Shown here: positions 1 to 9,339 of the stretch, in pieces | Layout: the number at the start of each line of letters is the position of its first letter | How positions within the stretch are numbered: position 1 is the stretch's first letter | NCBI GenBank assembly: GCA_963806035.1 | Contig: CAWDWO010000012.1 | Coordinates: forward strand, 1-40,039 | Direction of reading: 5' to 3' | Length of the DNA: 40,039 nucleotides | DNA from: Candidatus Krumholzibacteriota bacterium | Lineage (GTDB): Bacteria > Krumholzibacteriota > Krumholzibacteriia > JAJRXK01 | The notes under the pieces: model-generated | What the model was told of the DNA's origin: nothing | The model's input: only the letters and a program-made list of their open reading frames with translations | Database searches by the model: none | Program-made: the position numbers and the translations under genes

Positions 1-768
1 CTCCTTCAGCACGCCGCTTCGGCCTTGCGCAGCCGCACCGGAGTGGCCCCGACGCTGCCGGCTGCGATGCGCACTCTGCTGACCAACGCTCTTCTTCGCT
101 CTTCGCGCGGGAGTCTGTCTCCCCCCCGCTCACAGTGCCAGCACCACCTTGGAGATCGCCTGCGCGCGTCGGTACCCACCTTCTTGAAGCGCTGATAGGA
201 CGGAACCGGCGGCAGCAGCACCGCGCTCAACAACTCACCCCGGCTTCAGCACCGTGGCGCGGGATCCAGTATAGACGGAGTCGTAGGCCACCCGGCGCGT
301 CCCATCCAGTCCCGCGATTTCCACTTCGGTATTGAAGGCCAAGAGCACCGGCAGGCTGTCACCCGCGGCGAGGCGTTGACCATGTTGCCACCCACGGTGG
401 CGCGATTCTGAATTTGGCGGCCGCCGATCTGTGACGCGGCCTCGGCGAGGATGGGATAGTGCTCGCGCACCAGAGGGTGCTCGCGGATCTGCGGAAGCTG
501 GTGGTGGCGCCGATGCGCAGCCCCTTGAAGCTCCCGGCCGCCCCGTGCGCCGAACCCGAGGCAGCGTGCAACTCTTCACCCTCTTCAAGCTCCCGAATCC
601 CGCGCAATTCCTCGACCCGCAGAAGGTCGAGCACGCCCACTTGCTCCAGGCGTTCGACGGCGCCGCGCACCATCCAGTCGGTGCATCCGGCCAAGGCCGC
701 AGCGTGGGATCTTCGCGCAAGCGTTCCAGCGCGCTCTTCAGGCTGGTGGGGAAGAAGACCTCGCTCAT
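1..768 (-). CDS. Xanthine dehydrogenase family FAD-binding subunit (frameshifted, runs off the left edge)
   Basis: Fragments in different frames join into the family pattern: MSEVFFPTSLKSAL, LAGCTDWMV, LRIGATTS, PILAEAASQIGGRQIQNRATVGGNMVNASP, AGDSLPVLLA, QRFKKVG. Its ATG overlaps the stop of the 2Fe-2S gene (ATGA at 765-768). Confidence 0.9.
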
Positions 769-1328
769 CGGCGTTCCCCCTTCGTGCCTTCGGGCCGCGC
801 CTTGCCATGGGCATCGCCCGCCGGCCGGGTCGCTCCCACGCCCTCGGCTGCGCTGGCGTCAATCCCCCCGAGCACCGCTTCCGGCTCCTCCTGCAGGGCC
901 CTCAGGATGGCCTCGTAGCCGGTGCAACGGCAGATGTTGCCGGCCAGGGCCTGCGCGATGGTCTCGCGCGAATTGGAATGCGAAGTCTCCAAGAGCTGCG
1001 CCGCGGAAAGCACGATGCCCGGGGTGCAGGCGCCGCACTGCGCGCCGCCTTCCTTGACGAATCGCTCGAGATAGGCGCGGCCCTTGGCGGACTGCGCGAT
1101 CGCTTCCACCGTGACCACCTCACGCCCGTGCGCCTGCACGAGCGGTGTCAGGCACGAGAGCACGGTCTCGCCGTCGAGCAGAACCGTGCAGGCGCCGCAC
1201 TCGCCCTCGCCGCAACCTTCCTTGGTGCCGGTCAGTCCAAACTCTCGGCGCACCACGTCGAGCAAGCGGTCCGTGGGATTCCCCTCGGCCTCCACCATCT
1301 TCCCGTTCAATCGAAAGCGCACTCTCAT
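765..1328 (-). CDS. Xanthine dehydrogenase family (2Fe-2S)-binding subunit
   Basis: C-terminal part of ORF 765..1850, starting MRVRFRLNG. Motifs GTKEGCGEGECGACTVL, QCGACTPG and GNICRCTGY. ATGA overlap with the large-subunit stop at 1325-1328. Confidence 0.95.
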   Translation of the reverse strand: MRVRFRLNGKMVEAEGNPTDRLLDVVRREFGLTGTKEGCGEGECGACTVLLDGETVLSCLTPLVQAHGREVVTVEAIAQSAKGRAYLERFVKEGGAQCGACTPGIVLSAAQLLETSHSNSRETIAQALAGNICRCTGYEAILRALQEEPEAVLGGIDASAAEGVGATRPAGDAHGKARPEGTKGERR

Positions 1329-3703
1329 GCCTGCTTCGCCTCCATCCTCTCCAACAATCGCTCGGGGACGGCGGGAATCGTGTCCACCACGATCCCCGTC
1401 GCGTTCTCGATGGCGGCGCACACCGCCGGCGCGGGGCCGTCCATCGGCAACTCGCCGACGCCCTTGGCGCCAAAGGGCGGGCCGCCCCAGGGTTGCTCCA
1501 TCATCTCCACTTGCATCTCGGGTGCATCCAGGATGGTGGGCACGATGTAGGTGGCCATGCGGTCGTTGAGAATGCGGCCCCCGTCGAATTTGAGGTCCTC
1601 CAGCAGCGCCCAACCGATGGCCTGCAACACGCCGCCTTCGATCTGTCCGCGGCACTGCACTTCGTGCAGCACCTTGCCGACTTCGCTCACCACCGTGGCC
1701 TTCTTGGCGCCCACTTCCAGGGTGTCCGGATCGACTTCCACTTCGATGACCTGCGCGGAATACGAATAGGTGGGATAGGCCGAGCCGTGGTAGGTATCGT
1801 CGTCGAAGGTCTGCCACTGCGGCGGTTCGTTGCGCGCGGTGAATTCGCATTCGTTTCCCGCCTCGGCGTACTCGCGCGCGATTGCACAGAAGTTTCCCAC
1901 TGCGCCCTTGCTTCCGAGCACCGTACTCGCTTCCACCCGCAGGGACTTCTCAGCGAGTTGCTGCTGCTTCCAGGCGAGCACGCGCTCCACTAACCCGCGC
2001 GCGGCCTTGGCGCCGGTGCCGCCCACGATCATGCTGGTACGCGAGGCCACGGTGGGGCCGGAGTCGGGCACCACCGCGGTATCGGGATCGGCCATGAGCA
2101 CGTCGTCCAGTTCCAGTCCCGTCTCTTCGGCCGCCAGCATCGAGAGGGTGGAGATCGCGCCCTGCCCCATCTCGGTGGCCGCGGTGAGCAGTTCGACTTT
2201 GCCTTCAGCAGTGAGACGCGCGGTCACCGGCGAGCGCATCTTGTGCTCGCCCGAACCGGTGAAGCCGGCGCCGTGGAAGGAGAGGCTCAGGCCGATCCCG
2301 CGCAACGGCGCTGCGGTTCCGGGTCCGAAGGGCAGCGTGCGCGCCTTCTCCGACTCGAGCTTCTGCCAGCGCTTGGAAAAGTCGGTGAGCGAGGCGACGC
2401 GATCCAGGACCTTCGCCGCGCTGCACGAATCGTCCATGAGCTGGCCGGTGGGCAACTTGTCGCCGGGTCGCAGCACGTTGCGGCGCCGCAGGGTCAAGGG
2501 ATCGAGGCCCAGGGTGCGCGCGATGCGATCCATGTGGCGTTCCCACGCGAACTCGGATTGGGGTGCGCCGAAGCCGCGAAAGGCGCCGGTGGGCGTGGTG
2601 TTGGTGCGCAGCACGCGGCCTTCGACATGGGCATGGGGCAGACGATAGGCGCCGGTCGCGTGCAGCAAACCGCGTGAGAGCACCACTGGCGAGAGCCCCA
2701 GATAGGCGCCGCCGTCCAGATCGAAATCGACGCGCGCGGCGACCAGTGTGCCATCGCGCTTCACCGCGCTCTGGATGCGCGTGCGCGAGGGATGGCGTTT
2801 TGTCGTGGCCACGATGTCTTCCTGCCGCTCGTAGACGATCTTGACCGGCTGCTTCGCGGCGCGCGCCAAGAGAGCGGTGTGCGCCGCGATCAGACTGGGG
2901 TAATCCTCCTTGCCGCCGAACCCGCCGCCCATGGGACGACCGGCCACGCGCAACTGCTCGGGCTTAAGAGCGAAGACGTGTTGCAGGGCGTTCTTCACGT
3001 AGTAGGGACACTGCAGCGAACCGGTAATGTACAGACTGCCGTCGTCCTCCCAGCGCGCCATCATCCCCTGGCACTCGATGTAGATGTGTTCCTGATGCCC
3101 GCTGAAGTACTCGCCCTCGATGAAGACCAGTTCATCCGCGTCGCCATGGGCGGCGTGCGCGTCGCCATCGCCGTCACTGCGATCAACGCGCGAGCTTCTG
3201 GCAGTTCCTGCGCGCGGCTTCCCGCTCGCGAGCGCGGCGAGAATCTCGTCGGCCTCGCCCTCCACCAAGGAGAGGGTGTACATGGGATCGACGGTATCGC
3301 CGCCTGCAAAGCCCAATACCGGATCGAGTTCTTGGTACTCGACCGTGACCGCCTGCGCCGCGCGCAGAGCCGCCGCGCGCGTGGGCGCGGCCACCAGAGC
3401 CACTGCCTCGCCCACGTGCTGCACTTCGCCCTCGGCCAGGATGGGCCAGGCGTCATCGAGAATCTGCAAACCGTTCGCCCCGGGGATGTCGCGCGCCGTG
3501 ACGAACACCGCGCCCTCGGGGGCGGCCTTGGCGTCGAACTTCAGAGAGCGGATTTTCGCGCGAGCGTGAGGACTGCGCACGGTCACGCCGTGCCAGAAAC
3601 CTCCGTCCGGCAAGTCGTCGAGATACTGTAGTTTGCCAGAGGTCTTGCCTTCGCCGTCGCGGCGCAGCGGAGAGCTTCCCAAGAGTGATTTTCTGTCCGG
3701 CAC
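1325..3703 (-). CDS. Xanthine dehydrogenase family molybdopterin-binding subunit (792 aa)
   Basis: Motifs GGGFGGKE, AFRGFGAPQ, TEMGQG, GPTVASRT, GQIEGG and AKGVGELP. AGGAGG RBS lies just upstream of the GTG start. Confidence 0.96.
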   Translation of the reverse strand: MPDRKSLLGSSPLRRDGEGKTSGKLQYLDDLPDGGFWHGVTVRSPHARAKIRSLKFDAKAAPEGAVFVTARDIPGANGLQILDDAWPILAEGEVQHVGEAVALVAAPTRAAALRAAQAVTVEYQELDPVLGFAGGDTVDPMYTLSLVEGEADEILAALASGKPRAGTARSSRVDRSDGDGDAHAAHGDADELVFIEGEYFSGHQEHIYIECQGMMARWEDDGSLYITGSLQCPYYVKNALQHVFALKPEQLRVAGRPMGGGFGGKEDYPSLIAAHTALLARAAKQPVKIVYERQEDIVATTKRHPSRTRIQSAVKRDGTLVAARVDFDLDGGAYLGLSPVVLSRGLLHATGAYRLPHAHVEGRVLRTNTTPTGAFRGFGAPQSEFAWERHMDRIARTLGLDPLTLRRRNVLRPGDKLPTGQLMDDSCSAAKVLDRVASLTDFSKRWQKLESEKARTLPFGPGTAAPLRGIGLSLSFHGAGFTGSGEHKMRSPVTARLTAEGKVELLTAATEMGQGAISTLSMLAAEETGLELDDVLMADPDTAVVPDSGPTVASRTSMIVGGTGAKAARGLVERVLAWKQQQLAEKSLRVEASTVLGSKGAVGNFCAIAREYAEAGNECEFTARNEPPQWQTFDDDTYHGSAYPTYSYSAQVIEVEVDPDTLEVGAKKATVVSEVGKVLHEVQCRGQIEGGVLQAIGWALLEDLKFDGGRILNDRMATYIVPTILDAPEMQVEMMEQPWGGPPFGAKGVGELPMDGPAPAVCAAIENATGIVVDTIPAVPERLLERMEAKQA

Positions 3704-3768
3704 GATTTCATCCTCCTAATTCATGGAGGATGGAACGAACCGGGCTTACAGGCAAGCCCTTCGGGCGG

Positions 3769-3800
3769 AAAAACGCGGCGCGTCGCATCCAACGCGCCGG
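3769..3800 (-). terminator. Probable intrinsic terminator after the M1 peptidase gene
   Basis: On the minus strand, stem CGGCGCGT/ACGCGCCG followed by CGTTTTT, just after the stop at 3804. Confidence 0.6.
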
Positions 3801-3803
3801 ATG

Positions 3804-6503
3804 TTAGCGAATCAGGGTCGCCTTTTGGCTGCGCTGTTGCCCGTTCGCCTGCAAGACGAAGGAGTACACGCCCGAGGCCGCGCTGTGACCCGAACCGTCC
3901 TTTCCATCCCACTGCACGCTGCCTTCGCCCTGGGGAAGGTCCTGGTCGAGCAGCACGCGCACCAACCTTCCTCGCAGATCGTAAATGGAGAGCTTGGCAT
4001 GTCCGGCGCGCGCCATCGCATACTTCAAGCTGACCCGCGGGTTGAAGGGATTGGGAACCGGCTCGCGCAGCACCAACTCGCGGCGCGCGGCGGGAGGCGC
4101 ATCGGTCACCACGCCGTTCTCCTGGAAGATGCTCGTGAGAATGGTGTGGATGTTGGCCTTCAGCTCGGGGTGGCTGTAGTAGTAGGGCCTTCCCGCGATG
4201 TGGGCGAAGTGCCCGCCGCTATGCCGCAACAGTCCGCCGCCGGCCGGCTGCCTCCACACCGCAATCGCGCGCGGCACCGAGAAGCTCGTGTCATCCTCCA
4301 TCAGGGTCACCGCTTCGGGCTGGTCGTACGTGGTTTCGAAGACCGCGCTCTGATCCTGGGTGCCGATGAGCGGCATGTCCACCAGGCTCGGTAGACCGCG
4401 GGCGCCTGGTTGATGGTGGTGGTGGTGCCTTCGGCGAAGCGAATTCCCGCATAGCTCGCGCGCAGGGGTAGGACTTGCCCGCTACGGCACATGATCAGGA
4501 GGTTGCCACCTTGCTTCAGGTAGCTGAGGATTGAAGCGTCGTTCCACACCGTGAGATCACCCAGAAGTCGTTTCCACCCACATGACGGTCGAGACCGTCC
4601 CAGTGAGTCGGCCGGAATGTCACCGTTGCCGAACGGCGCGGGCAACTCGGGATGTAGCCGCCGCTGGGAGGACTGAACGCATCCCAGAACGAAAACGGCA
4701 GACCTCCACTCAGGGTGCTGTCGGCGTACTCCGAAGTGATCGTACTGCCGTAGGTATTCCAGGACACGCCGTTCACCACCAGAATTCCGCGATTGAAAGT
4801 GGGCGACTCGACCTTTTGTTCCACCGTCTTCAGGATCCAGTCGTCCGGATCGAGTTCGACGGACACGGGCTGCGCCGAAGTGCTCAGATGGAAGGTCTGG
4901 GAGAACGCGTTGTTCTCCACCTTGAGTTTTCCACGCCCGGAGTCGTGGTCACCCGCAAGGGAACCGGCATCTCGTACAGCTTGTCCGACTGGAGCTGGTC
5001 GATGTCCACGGTGAGGTCCCAACTGCCCCCCTGGTCCGTTGCATCCCAAGAGTAGGCGTAGGTGGGGTAGTACTCGCCGAGATCCAGTTCTGGAAGAAGT
5101 TCGGAGATTGCGTCCGCTGATGCTGGCCGCCAGGGCCTGGAAGTCCTCGGTGGTCGCGGTGCCGTAACGGACCGAGGGATCCGCGGTCCAGGCGCGCATG
5201 ATGTCGAAGAAGGTCGTGTCGCCCACCATGCCACGCAGCGTGCAGGACCCACGAGCCCTTGTTGTAGCTCAGGTTGCTATCGAAAATGCGCCCCTCGTCG
5301 ACGAGATCCGCCGGCGGCACGTAGATGGTGCCCGGCCCTAGTACTTCGTGCCCTCGACTTCGTTGTGGTAGGCGGTAGGTCCGCCGGCGGCCTGCTGCCA
5401 AGTGCTTCGGCGTAGGTGGAAAGCCCTCGTTTAACCAGATGTGAGAAGGAACGGCAGGGGATGGCGTCGCCGTACCACTTGTGCGCCAATTCGTGCGCCA
5501 TGACCCAATCCAGAAAGCAACAGATGCTGGTGGCGGTCTGGCGCTCCATTCCGCCGCCCAGGGAAACTGAGCCTGGTCGTACTTTTCGTCGACGAAAGGG
5601 TACTCGCCGAAGAGCGGTGCGAACGCTTCAACTGGAGACCACGGTATTCACCGCATTCCCGGCCGAGGTGGAACTCCCCAGGTAACTCCAGGCGTTCACC
5701 GGCATCACGGTATTGCCATCCATGGAAGTGTAGTACGCCGTGTGACCGATGTAGCGGTGCACCGCCAGCGAGATGAGATACGCGGCGATGGAGCTTCTCG
5801 AACCAGTTGAAGGTCTTCCACACCGTCTGCGTGCTGGTGCTCTGCAGTACTCCGTTGCTGATGGCGGTGAGCGAGCTGGGCACGGTGAGCTTGATACGGG
5901 CGGAGTCGGCCTTGTCCGAAGGCGCGTCCTTGCAGGGCCACCAGGTGCGCGCCCCGTAGGGTTCGCTCAACGACCAGATCATGGGGAAGCCATCCTGGGT
6001 GTCGAAGCCGAAGGCTCCCAGGCTCTCGTTGGGGCGTCCGGAGTAATCGACGCTCACCACGAAGCTCTGACCGTTCGTGTAACTCTGATCGAGATCGATG
6101 GAGAGCACACCCGAGCCGTGGGTGAAGGTCGTCGTCGAACCGTCGACCCGTACCGCACCCACGAGCATGGCGCCGTCCAGATCCATCTCGACCTGGTCGA
6201 TCCGTCCGTTGACCACGCTGGCCGTCATCTCCACCGTTCCGCTCAAGATGGGAGTGTTCGGATCCAACAAGAGATCGAGGCTGTAGAAGCCCACGTCGTA
6301 CTTCGTCTGATTGGTGGAACGGAGCTGGCGTAGGCGCCAGAAGATCCAGGGCCTTGGCTTTGTGGCGGCCTCTTCGCGGTGAAAGGAGCTACCCGGTGTA
6401 TCGTCGAACTTTGGCAAGGCCTGCGCCGTGTTCGGAAGCGCGCTCGAAGGTGTGTTCAACAAGAGGACGACAGCAAGGCTAGCCAGAGCAGCGCGGGTTT
6501 CAT
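3804..6503 (-). CDS. Secreted M1 family aminopeptidase with C-terminal FlgD/T9SS-type-A-like domain (multiple frameshifts)
   Basis: Signal-like start MKPALLWLA at 6503. Fragments carry YDVGFYSLDL, SEPYGARTWWPCKDAPSDKA, GGME, AHELAHKWYGD (HExxH), YNKGSWVLH and ELDPDDWIL. C-terminus PNPFNP...IYDLRGRLVRVL...WDGKD...ASGVY...KATLIR. Confidence 0.9.
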
Positions 6504-6724
6504 GAAACCTCGATCTTCATGGGGAAGGGAGCTTCGGATCCGTCCGAAAAGACGTCCACAGGGCATACCCTGAGGAGTCGCATACGATCCTAACACAAAT
6601 ATGGATAGGAATTCCCTGCCTCCTTTTCAAGGGGGTGGACGCATCGTAGACTTGGGTAAGGAACCGTAATCATGCGCCGTGTTCCCATGAACTCTGCGCG
6701 TGGTGAGCGAAAGGAGCTGAGACG

Positions 6725-7153
6725 ATGCAAGTCAAGCGCTGGATGTCACATCCCGTGATCACCGTGCACGAAGATTGCCCGGCCGTCTTGGCCTTCCGCA
6801 AGATGCTGGAAAATCAGATCCGTAGGCTGCCTGTGGTGGACGAAGACGGAGCCTTGGTGGGACTCGTGGCCGACCGCGATCTTCGCGGCCTCGCTCTGCA
6901 GGCCATGAACGACAACCCGGAAGCTGATCGTCCCACGGACGCGGAGGTGCGGGTGAAGGACCGCATGACGACCGAGGTCACCACCGTCAAGCCGGAGGAT
7001 GACGTTCGCGAGGCTGCCCTGCTCATGCTCTCCAATCGATTCACCGGCCTGCCGGTGATGGACGGGCCCAAGCTCGCGGGCATGATTACCGTCACCGATC
7101 TCATGGAAATCCTGGTCGAGGCCCTGGAAAACAAGGAAAGAGCGCGGGCCTAG
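6725..7153 (+). CDS. CBS domain-containing protein (tandem CBS pair)
   Basis: IRRLPVVDEDGALVGLVADRDL and FTGLPVMDGPKLAGMITVTDL. AAGGAG RBS upstream. Confidence 0.93.
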   Translation: MQVKRWMSHPVITVHEDCPAVLAFRKMLENQIRRLPVVDEDGALVGLVADRDLRGLALQAMNDNPEADRPTDAEVRVKDRMTTEVTTVKPEDDVREAALLMLSNRFTGLPVMDGPKLAGMITVTDLMEILVEALENKERARA

Positions 7154-7206
7154 AATTCGATCGCTGGGGTGGTCATGCGGCGGCTCTCATGTATTTTCCA
7201 TCAATC

Positions 7207-8333
7207 ATGGCGAGGACCTACAGCAGCGATTCCCGGGTAGACTCGATTCTCCACGCCGCGGCGGATGGCGAAACCCTCGCCGGCGGCGAGATTCTCTGTC
7301 TCTTCGAGGATGCCGAGCTTCACGCTCTGGGAAGGCGGCGCACCAAATGCGCCTGCGCCGTTGCGATCCCGAGCACGTCACCTACGTGATCGATCGCAAC
7401 ATCAATTACTCCAACATCTGCTACGTGGACCGCACTTTCTGCGCCTTTTACCGGCACAAGAACGACGAAGAAGCCTACGTGCTCTCCACCGAGGAACTGC
7501 ACCGCAAGATCGAAGAGCTGAGGCGATCGGTGGTCACAATCCTGCTGCAGGGGGGACACAATCCCAAACTGCCCTTCTCCTGGTACCAGGAAACCCTCGC
7601 CGATCTCAAAGCGCACTTTCCGGACATCCACATCCACGGCTTCAGCCCCAGCGAAATCGAGCACTTCGGCAAGCTCTTCAAGATGCCCACCAAGCAGGTG
7701 ATCGCCGAATTGCAGGAGGCTGGCCTGGACAGCATTCCCGGTGGAGGAGCGGAAATCCTCAACGATCGCGTGCCGGCAGATTTGGCGCCGACCAAGGTCA
7801 GCGCCTCGCGCGGCGGTGAGATCATGGAGGGCAGCCGACCCTCTTTGGGGATGTCGTATCGCGGCTACTTGGACGTCGGCGACGTGGGGACGCTCCCCGA
7901 GAGGGTTGACTATGTCTCGCGCATCCGCGAAAGCCAGGGGCGCACCTGCGGCTATACCGCCTTCATCTGCTCGAATTTCCAGCCTGGCTTCACTCCCATG
8001 ACCGAAGAGCAGCTGAAACACCGCGCAGCTGCCCGTGAGCGCCTTCAAGGGCAGCCCTAGGACTATCTGCGCACCCGGGCCATTTCCCGTCTCGCGTTGA
8101 ACTCCTATTCAGATCTTCCAGGCTTCCTGGGTCACCCAGGCAAGTAGATTGGCCAGCTGACTCCTTCTTCGGCGCCAACGACCTGGGCTCCACGATGATG
8201 GAGGAGAACGTGGTGAGCGAGGGGGTGGTGCGCTTCCGCCTGGGCAAGGAAGAGCTGAACGGCATGATTCAAGGACGCCGGATTCACGCCCGCCATCCGC
8301 GACAACTACTATCGCATCCGCGAAACAGTCTAG
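7207..8333 (+). CDS. mqnC: Cyclic dehypoxanthinyl futalosine synthase, radical SAM (frameshifted)
   Basis: VTYVIDRNINYSNIC...FCAFYR, ILLQGGHNP, IHIHGFSPSE, GLDSIPGGGAEIL, FQP, QASWVTQ, FGANDLGSTMMEENVV across three frames. Ends RDNYYRIRETV-stop at 8333. Start position uncertain (7189 or 7207). Confidence 0.88.
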
Positions 8334-8933
8334 ATCCGAAGCAAATGCACTCAGTGGAGGACACCCAAGGACGGTTCTCCTCCCCGCATTCCCGGCCCTC
8401 CGCGCCGAAGATCGCCGCCGCTCCTTTGCTTCCTTTCACGGGCTCAAATCGCTGTCACGCAAGGATCTACACGGATTTTTCCTCGAGCAAGTTGACTCCG
8501 CGCCCCTTCGCGCAGCGCATCCTCCCCTATGGCACGGCTTGTGATACTTCAAAGAGGACGTTGAATGCCCTGCGAGTCCGAAGCTCTTCCTATCAATCTC
8601 GACACGGCTCCGGAAATACTTGGCATACAACACTTTAGGGTGACTTTGGACTTAGCCGGTGAAGATGGAAGCCCGAAATCCTCCCCGGCGTCGACTGTAG
8701 CTCAAGGGGGAACAGTCCAACCGCCGAGGGGACACCCGAAGAAGGGGCCGGCGCCCGCACGGCCAGTGGTTCTCCGGCCGGGGGCGCCGGCCAAAGTAAG
8801 TCGTCGAGTCCCCTTGGTGGAAAATGCTTGGTTCATTTCCATGGGAGAGGCCGGGTCCCTGCGGGTTGCCGGCCTTTCCATCGCCCGGGGTCGGGATGGG
8901 GGATTTCGCAGCGGAGGGCTAAATACGCTTTCG

Positions 8934-9239
8934 ATGTAGCTCTTGTGGGTGGCGCTGTCTTTTCTCCTCTTGAATCTGCCTTTCGGCTAGCCCGGCGGGC
9001 GGGCACTGCGGAAATTCTCGCGCAACTGGTTTCTCGCGGTGCACTGCCCGGTGCCCGGGTGGTGGCCCGAAGAATTTTCTCCGGCCTGGGCTGGCCATCT
9101 CTCCTCGGTTCCCTTCTTGGTGGCGGCCTTCTTCGGCGGTCAGTTTCTGGGCGGACGCATCGCGCGACCAACCTCCCTCCCTCGCTCCCCCTGCGCTCTG
9201 AGCACCCTTCCATCGATCTCCAAACAGCCTCCGCATTGA
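8934..9239 (+). CDS. Small hydrophobic protein (NLPFG...RKFSxxWFLAVH type), corrupted by apparent sequence errors
   Basis: From ATG 8934 the frame reads M*LLWVALSFLLLNLPFG*...LRKFSRNWFLAVH; an alternative frame gives RIFSGLGW; the original frame resumes SVPFLVAAFFGGQFLGGRI. GGAGGG lies upstream. Confidence 0.65.
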
Positions 9240-9339
9240 CGCTCCGGCTGCGCGTCTTGCGCACGAGGGCTCCCTGTGCCACTTTCAAACGCGGATCTCG
9301 GCGACTCTTCCTCTCGCGGTGCTGTTTCTGGAGGTACTC

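Noticed and set aside
1..8333. Functional link between XDH (hypoxanthine oxidation) and the futalosine pathway (mqnC)
   Set aside because: The genes are on opposite strands, separated by unrelated genes, and mqnB (the hypoxanthine-releasing step) is absent from the window.
8529..8546. Sigma54-like TGGCACG motif
   Set aside because: The -12 element reads GTGA instead of TTGC.
8690..8760. tRNA-like start GACTGTAGCTCAA
   Set aside because: No TTCGA T-loop, cloverleaf or matching acceptor stem follows.
8934..8990. Two in-frame TAG codons suggesting amber recoding
   Set aside because: Many intact genes here end in TAG (e.g. 7153, 12351, 37698). Each TAG is one base from a plausible sense codon and lies in an error-rich block.
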